Origin: Octopus vulgaris
Taxonomy: Eukaryota
Length of the DNA stretch: 64,000 bases
Direction: 5' to 3'
Assembly (NCBI GenBank): GCA_951406725.2
Contig: OX597835.1
Location: 39,742,001-39,806,000 of the forward strand
Shown: piece after piece, positions 56,930-64,000 of the stretch
Layout: each line of letters begins with the position of its first letter
Numbering within the stretch: the stretch's first letter is position 1
The notes under the pieces: model-generated
Databases searched by the model: none
What the model saw: only the letters and a program-made list of their open reading frames with translations
Told to the model about the DNA's origin: nothing
Program-made: the position numbers and the translations under genes

Positions 56930-56968
<39 letters not shown>

Positions 56969-57018
56969 GCACATACATATACATGTAGATATATATATAT
57001 ATATATATCCATATATTC

Positions 57019-57055
<37 letters not shown>

Positions 57056-57091
57056 TATGCATATATATATATATATATACATACATATATA

Positions 57092-57134
<43 letters not shown>

Positions 57135-57446
57135 CTACGTATGTGTGTGTGTGTGTGTGCATGTATATATATATATATACCAAGTAAATTAGGGGTTGTA
57201 AATCCATCCCCACTAAGGGATAATATTTATCCAATATACTGTTGGTGTAATACCCAAATTATTAATGCACAAGTGTTTTTAATTGCAATGCAATTAACTT
57301 ACTTATTGTATTAAATGGGTGAAGGTAAAGAAATATTTTACCGTTAATTTATAATACAAATAAGAAAATGGAAAAACAATTTCGTTAGTCTATCAGCTTT
57401 CGGATATTAGAATGTTGGATTATTTATTTAACAAAACGCAAACCAT

Positions 57447-57509
<63 letters not shown>

Positions 57510-57524
57510 TCTGTATATATGTGT

Positions 57525-57567
<43 letters not shown>

Positions 57568-57569
<2 letters not shown>

Positions 57570-57745
57570 TAGCATTGCTTGACAACCGATGCTGGTGTGT
57601 TACGTCCCCGTCAGTTAGCGGTTCGGCCAAAGAGACTGATAGAATAAGTACTGGGCTTACAAAGAATAAGTCCCGGGGTCGATTTGCTCGATTAAAGGCG
57701 GTGCTCCAGCATGGCCGCAGTCAAATGACTGAAACAAGTAAAAAA
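57568..57745 (+). mobile_element. SINE group A, 3' half
   Basis: ctagcattgcttgacaaccgatgctgg...tgactgaaacaagtaaaa. Confidence 0.9.
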
Positions 57746-58294
57746 AAACATGTGTGTGTGTGTATGTACGTATGTATGTATGTAAACATACATACATGCA
57801 TACATATGTATGCCTGCGTATGATACGTGTAAGCGCATCGGCGCATGCTTCTGTGTGTGTTTGTATATGTGTGTCGGTCTGTGGCGCGCGTCTGTATGTA
57901 TACAACAAAACCGAAAGACGACGACTACGACGCCTGGCGACAATCAGTGAGTTTGACCATTAAACGAAACGACTTGTAATCTCTTATCTCCCACCTCACC
58001 GCTCACTGCCACCCGTCTCTTTCTTCGGGTATCGTGGAGGACCTCAAGGAGAGCGGGTATTGTGAAATGGGAACTATTCATGTCGTTAAATTGTTGTTCT
58101 ATGTTTTCATACTGACCCGTGGGTCACAGTTCAAAACGCCACGGCGCCAACACGTTATGTGTATCCATCTGAAATATACCTCTCCCCAGTAGAAACATTT
58201 ATCTAGAGATAGATATATGTACGCATGTACGTTTTTATACAGATAATTACATACACAAATATACAGGAATATTCTTTTTATTCTCTATCTCTTT

Positions 58295-58900
58295 CTCTTT
58301 TACTTGTTTCAGTCATTTGACTGCGGCCATGCCGGAGCACCGCCTTTAATCGAGCAGCTCGACTCCGGGACTTATTCATTGTAAGCCCAGTACTTATTTT
58401 ATCGGGCTGTTTTGCCGAACCGCTAGGTGACGGGGACATAAACACACCAGCATCGGTTGTCAAGAAATGCTAGGGGGACAAACACAGACACACAAACATA
58501 CACACATACATATATATATATATATATACTACCAAGCAAATCTAATGCCCATAGCTTAGCTTTTCCTTGGGGCTGGCCCTTTCGGAGCAAATCTCAGAAT
58601 TAAACAGCCGAAATTTGCCATGATGAATCGGTTTCTGACTGAAGAATGAAGGCTCTGAATTACTGTCCGTTTTTCCGTGTTTGTCAATTCGTGAATTTCA
58701 CGTCCTTTATATATAAGTTTTATTCTATATATATATATATATACATATATACGATGGGATTCTTTCAGTTTCCATCTACCAAATCCACTCACACGGCTTT
58801 GGTCGGCCCGAGGCTACAGTAGAGGTGCCACGCAGTGGGACTGAACCCGGAACTATGTGGTCGGTAAGCAAGCTACTTACCACACAGCCACTCCTGTGCC
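58295..58900 (-). mobile_element. SINE group A, full length, with a ~200-bp insert in its TA tract
   Basis: 3' half at 58295-58500, insert at 58529-58727, 5' half at 58750-58900. Confidence 0.88.
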
Positions 58901-59354
58901 TATATGAATATTCATTTCATTCTTTTATTCTTTTAGTTGTTTCAGGCATTTGACTGCGGCCATGCTGTAGCATCGCCTTAAACGGTTTTAGTCGAAGAAG
59001 TCAAGCCCAGGACTTATTCTTTGTAAGCCTCGTACTTATTCCATCGGTTCACTTTTGCTGAGCCGCTACGTAACGCGGACGTGTGTGTGTGTGTGTGTGC
59101 AGGGCTCTGGCATGGGTTTATCAGCAATGAGAAATATAATTAATTAAATGAATACACTGAAAAACTAAAGAATGGATCTTACTTTGACTTTTACTTGTTT
59201 CAGGCATTGGACTGCGGCCATGCTGGGGCACTGCTCTAAAGAAATTTGTTCAACAAATCGACTCCAGTAGAGACATTTCCTTCCCCCTTTTTCTTCTTTT
59301 TTTTTTTTCAAGTCTGATATTTACTCCATCGTATCTTTTTTTTTTTCTTTTCTT

Positions 59355-59557
59355 TATCTACTCTAGGCACAAGGCCCGAAATTTTGTGGGAGGGGGCTAA
59401 GTCGATTAGATCGATCTCAGTACGCAACTGGTACTTAATTTATTGAACCCCGAAAGGATGAAAGGTAAATTCACCTAGGCGGAATTTGAACTGAGAATGT
59501 AAAGACGGACAATATGCCGCTAAGCATTTCGTCCGGCGTGCTAACGTTTCTGCCAGC
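59355..59557 (-). mobile_element. SINE group D
   Basis: ctaggcacaaggcccgaaattt...cccgaaaggatgaaagg...gtttctgccagc. Confidence 0.85.
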
Positions 59558-59684
59558 GAACCGCTGAAATGCTGGTAAGTAAACAAATACCGGGTGTCAA
59601 GTTGTTTGAGGGACAATCACAGTTACAAAATACACACACACACACGCGCACACACATACACACATACATACATATAAAAATAAA

Positions 59685-59925
59685 TGCGCCCTTTTAAAGC
59701 CTAGCCAGACTCATGGGCCCGGTTTCCCGCTTTTTATGGCGTATGTGTTCCCCAGCTGAACGGGACGCCAGTCCATCGCAGCGTTACTCATTTTTGCCAA
59801 CTGAGTGGACTGGAGCAACATGAAATGAAGTGTTTCGCTCAAGAACACAACGCGTCGCCCGGTCCAGGAATCGAAACCACAATTTTACAGTCATGATGCT
59901 AACACCCTAATCACTAAGCCACGTC
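59685..59925 (-). mobile_element. SINE B head with a group C-like tail
   Basis: On -, the B body is followed by ctgcgatggactggcgtcccg...gggaaaccgggcccatgag. Confidence 0.8.
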
Positions 59926-60664
59926 ACTCACAAAACAATCGTTCCCACAGAGCCTGTAGCTGAAGGCGTTTGGCGAAAATGCATGCATTGGGAAACCGAA
60001 ACCGTGGTTGCAAACCGGGTTTAGTAAACCCACATCCATGCCATGCATATAAAACCTACTTAAAGTCTCTGCCAATATTTTCCCTCTTACCCTTATTTCT
60101 TGGATAAAAAAAGATAAAGCTCCTTAAACACCACCCGCCCGTCCCAGGGTTGTGGGAGTATATACGCCAGAGAATCCAAAGATGTCCCGTCGCAGGAATA
60201 TCCATTTTTGCCAGCTGAGTCGACCTGAATTGAAGTGTTTTGTTCAAGAATGCAACAACATAGCCCGGTCCAGGAATCGAAACCACAATCTCACGTTTAT
60301 AACCCCATCCGCTAAGTCACGTGCCTCCACCATCATGACTATATACGAGATTAAAAATGAAAAATATTTTCTAAGCAATGTCCCGAGTCTCTATTTGCTG
60401 CCTGGCTATGTTTATTCAGACGCATTATGTGATGTCGGGCGCGAAAATACCTTAAGCTAAGCCTGAAAGCAATGAAGTCATAAAAGAATCATCCATAACT
60501 TGCAGTAAGCAACATTTATTAAAATAAAAGTATTCAGAACACAGAATAACATGTAACACAATTTGCAAACATATTTACATTCCCATATAACAGTTAAGAA
60601 CATCAACCATTATTGTATTACGCGCGGAAGTGTTTGTTCGACTAGGTGCTGCTAGCTTAATTAT

Positions 60665-60789
60665 GCACGACTCAAGTTAGAGAAGGGGTGCGTATTATAC
60701 ACAAGGTTTAGGTTTTTCATAGGTACAGACCCATAAATATCCCCTGCGTATTATACTCGAGGGCGGACTACACTCGAGGATTTACGATA
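60665..60789. mobile_element. One end of a Tc1/mariner-pogo type MITE
   Basis: Repeated tgcgtattatac motif and terminal ctcgaggatttacg followed by ata. Confidence 0.5.
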
Positions 60790-60915
60790 TTCTAAATCCT
60801 TCCAAAGAACGATGATGACAATGACGAAGATGTGTGTCGAGAAACAGCCTTATACATACAAATAAGCAGATGACGATGTACCAACACACACATACACTAT
60901 ATATATATATATGCT

Positions 60916-61252
60916 GAGACCCTCTTCGGTCATGAATGACTATGGGATTGCACCTAGAAAGTTACCCTCCCAGGCACAAGTCCAGGCAAGGCTGTTTATG
61001 GAAGACCAGCAGTCGCCCATGCATACCGGCCTCCCCTCTCCACGCCACCAGTGTTATCCAAGGGATAAGGCAAGGGCCGACACAGATTGGCACCTGTGAC
61101 GTCACAACTCATTTCTACAGCTGAGTGAACTGGAGCAGCGTGAAATAAAGTGTCTTGCTCAAGAACACAACACGCAGCCCGGTCCAGGATTCGAACACAC
61201 AATCTCGCGATCGTAAACTCGACACTCTAACCACTGAGCAATACCGCCTTCA
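60916..61252 (-). mobile_element. SINE group B with long tail type 1
   Basis: Reverse-complement homolog of 1266-1600. Confidence 0.88.
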
Positions 61253-61797
61253 CTTATATATATATATATAGTGTGTGTGTGTGTAAGTGCGTGTGTGTGT
61301 GTGTGTGTGTATGTGTGTGTGAGTGCGCATGTATAAATATGTGTGTGTCCATCCAGAGGTTTTCCATGAATGCAAGGCTCGCAACACGTATCTAAAATAC
61401 ACAGACGAACGTAAATGATAAATCGGTTTTTAATATGAATCTTGCATTATTTTTATGAGCAACAGCTGGTAAGGAGGCTCGTACATGCTTCTTCCTTGCA
61501 ATGCTCTTCAATGGTTTTAAAGCTTTCATTTTTAAAATTGCACGCTCTCACTTGAAATACCAGAAGCAGTCATTCGCGTATATGTGTATATATGTATGTA
61601 TGTAATGTATGTATGTGAGTATGTACGTACGTGCGTGTGTATGTAGGTGTAGAATATGTGTGTATGTGTATTTCTATACACAACTCATATTTATAGAGTT
61701 ATAATATCACATATATATACATATATATATATACATATATATATATGTTTATATATGTATGTATGTATATAGATAGATAGATATATAGATAGGATGG

Positions 61798-61860
<63 letters not shown>

Positions 61861-61861
61861 G

Positions 61862-62180
61862 GGGAGACGCAATAGTCCAGTGGTTAGGGCAGCGGACTCG
61901 CGGTCGTAGGATCGCGAGTTTGACTCCCAAACTAGGTGATGCGAGTGTTTATTGAGCGAAAACACCTAAAGCTCACTCTTTCTTCCTGTTTCTGTTGTAC
62001 CTGTGTTTCAAAGGGCCAGCTTTGTCACACTGAATTCCACCCATCCCCCCTCGAGAACTACGCTAAAGGTACATGTGTCTGTGGAGTGCTCAGCCACTTG
62101 CACGTTAATTTTACGAGCAGGCTGTTCCGTTGATCGGATCAACTGGAAGCCTTGTCGTCGTAAGCGACGGAGTGCCACGA
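61862..62180 (+). mobile_element. SINE C-type head joined to the shared tail module
   Basis: cagtggttagggcagcggactcgcggtcg...gagcgaaaacacctaaagctc, then caaagggccagc...cgacggagtgccac. Confidence 0.85.
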
Positions 62181-62850
62181 TATATATACACATATATATA
62201 TTGACAAATAAACAAACATTAAGATATCAGTATGTCTGTGTGTGTGCCTTTTTGACTGTGTGTGGAAGAACGTACATATTCCTGTAATAACGATGTAAAA
62301 ACGGCAAATTTTACAGTAATCTTAAAAATGTTTTGAATAAATGGCTAAAAGAACAGACGGATTAAAGAACAAGTGAATTAAGACTTATTCAAAAGAAGCT
62401 TTTATATTTCCGGAGCATGATGCGAGTAGAATGGGGGGACATTGAAGAATTTTTATTTCGTCTCTTAAGTGTTGTTTGTTTTATTTTCATATTCCGAGTG
62501 GGTTAGTTGAATTACAAGCATATCTGTGTATCTCTGGCTCCAAGAGTATGTTTGGGTACATCAGGGTACATATGACCAAATTAAGGGCACTTCTTGTTTC
62601 AAGTGGTTTGTTTTAGATCAAAATAATTTATTTATTTAAATCTGCTGCTTATATAAACGGTAGATTAAGCGTCTAAATAGCTAACTGGTGTATACTTCTA
62701 GCATAATGGATGTCCACTTAGTGGTCATACCTCTTATATATAAGTAATATAATATAATTTTTCTGAATCTTCAGATTTTTCAATATGCTAGGTCACTGGC
62801 TTTATATTAATATTCAATTTTTCACCCTTATTGTTTGTACGTATAAATTC

Positions 62851-62932
<82 letters not shown>

Positions 62933-63077
62933 GGTTGATAGACGGATGGGTGATAGACGGATGGTTGATTAGTGGATACAAGCATACATATGTTTATATA
63001 CATGTGTATATATACACACGCATGCATATACATATACATACATATATATACATATGCATGCATACATGTATATATGA

Positions 63078-63109
<32 letters not shown>

Positions 63110-63173
63110 GTATGTATGTATATACGTATATATACATGTATATACATGTATTTACATATATGTATATATACAC

Positions 63174-63214
<41 letters not shown>

Positions 63215-63505
63215 TATATGTATATATGTATATACATACATGTATATATATACACACTCACGCACATCTTACACGACAGGAGTTCCACTAAATTACTGCG
63301 AACCAATAACAGTAAAAAACAAGAAGAATTGTCATCCGCGTGAGGCAATGGGTTCCGGCCAGAAGTGTGTCCTGGGGAGGAGAACTTTATATATATTACG
63401 GTCATATGATTCTCATTCAATAATTTACAGTTGATATTGTTCCCGCCATTTCTTCATACTTGCATGTAAAGAATAGAACCAGTAACAGAACAATTTATGA
63501 ATATG

Positions 63506-63707
63506 TATTTCTTTATTGCCCACAAGGGTCTATACATAGAGGGGACAAACAGGGTACAGACAAACGGATTAAGTCGATTACAGCGACCCCAATGCGAAAC
63601 TGGTACTTTATTTATCGACCCCGAAAGGATGAAAGGCAAAGTCGACCTCGGCGTAATTTGAACTCAGAACGTAACGGCAGACAAAATACGGCTACGCATT
63701 TCGCCCG
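63506..63707 (-). mobile_element. SINE group D
   Basis: tatttctttattgcccacaaggg...cgcatttcgcccg. Confidence 0.9.
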
Positions 63708-63734
63708 CTTACAATTTATGAATATGGCAATATA

Positions 63735-63765
<31 letters not shown>

Positions 63766-64000
63766 GTGTGTGTGTGTGTGTCAGTGTGTGTAAAAGCTCC
63801 GAGGAAGCTCTAAAGTGATGCAGAAGCACTCATCTCTGAGTGCACTACATTATAGAGTAGAAACAGCAGTAAGCCAATGAAGTTAATTATATAATTTCCT
63901 GTCCCTTTGTGAGCTAATTACGTGTGTGAGTGTGTATGTGTGCATGTATATACATATGTGTGTATAAATATACACCCCACACACACATACACTTACATTT

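Overview
AT-rich eukaryotic non-coding DNA, most likely from an octopus or other coleoid cephalopod. That assignment is inferred from SINE architecture and microsatellite density, not from a search. No host protein-coding gene is supported, and almost all ORF-track entries are translations of (TA)n, (TG)n, (TATG)n or (GATA)n tracts. The window is a mosaic of four tRNA-derived SINE groups (labelled A-D here), 3' remnants of RTE and CR1-like LINEs, and an R2-superfamily (HERO-like) remnant split by an RTE insertion. It also holds hAT and Tc1/mariner-pogo MITEs, a complete non-autonomous Helitron, and very long microsatellites. The most interesting signal is a set of short repeats carrying minimal hammerhead-ribozyme cores (CUGAnGA...GAAAC-GUH) with covarying stem I, as known for Penelope-like elements. 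Three fold-back (inverted) duplications have their junctions at such cores. Coordinates of degenerate repeats are approximate (about 10 bp).
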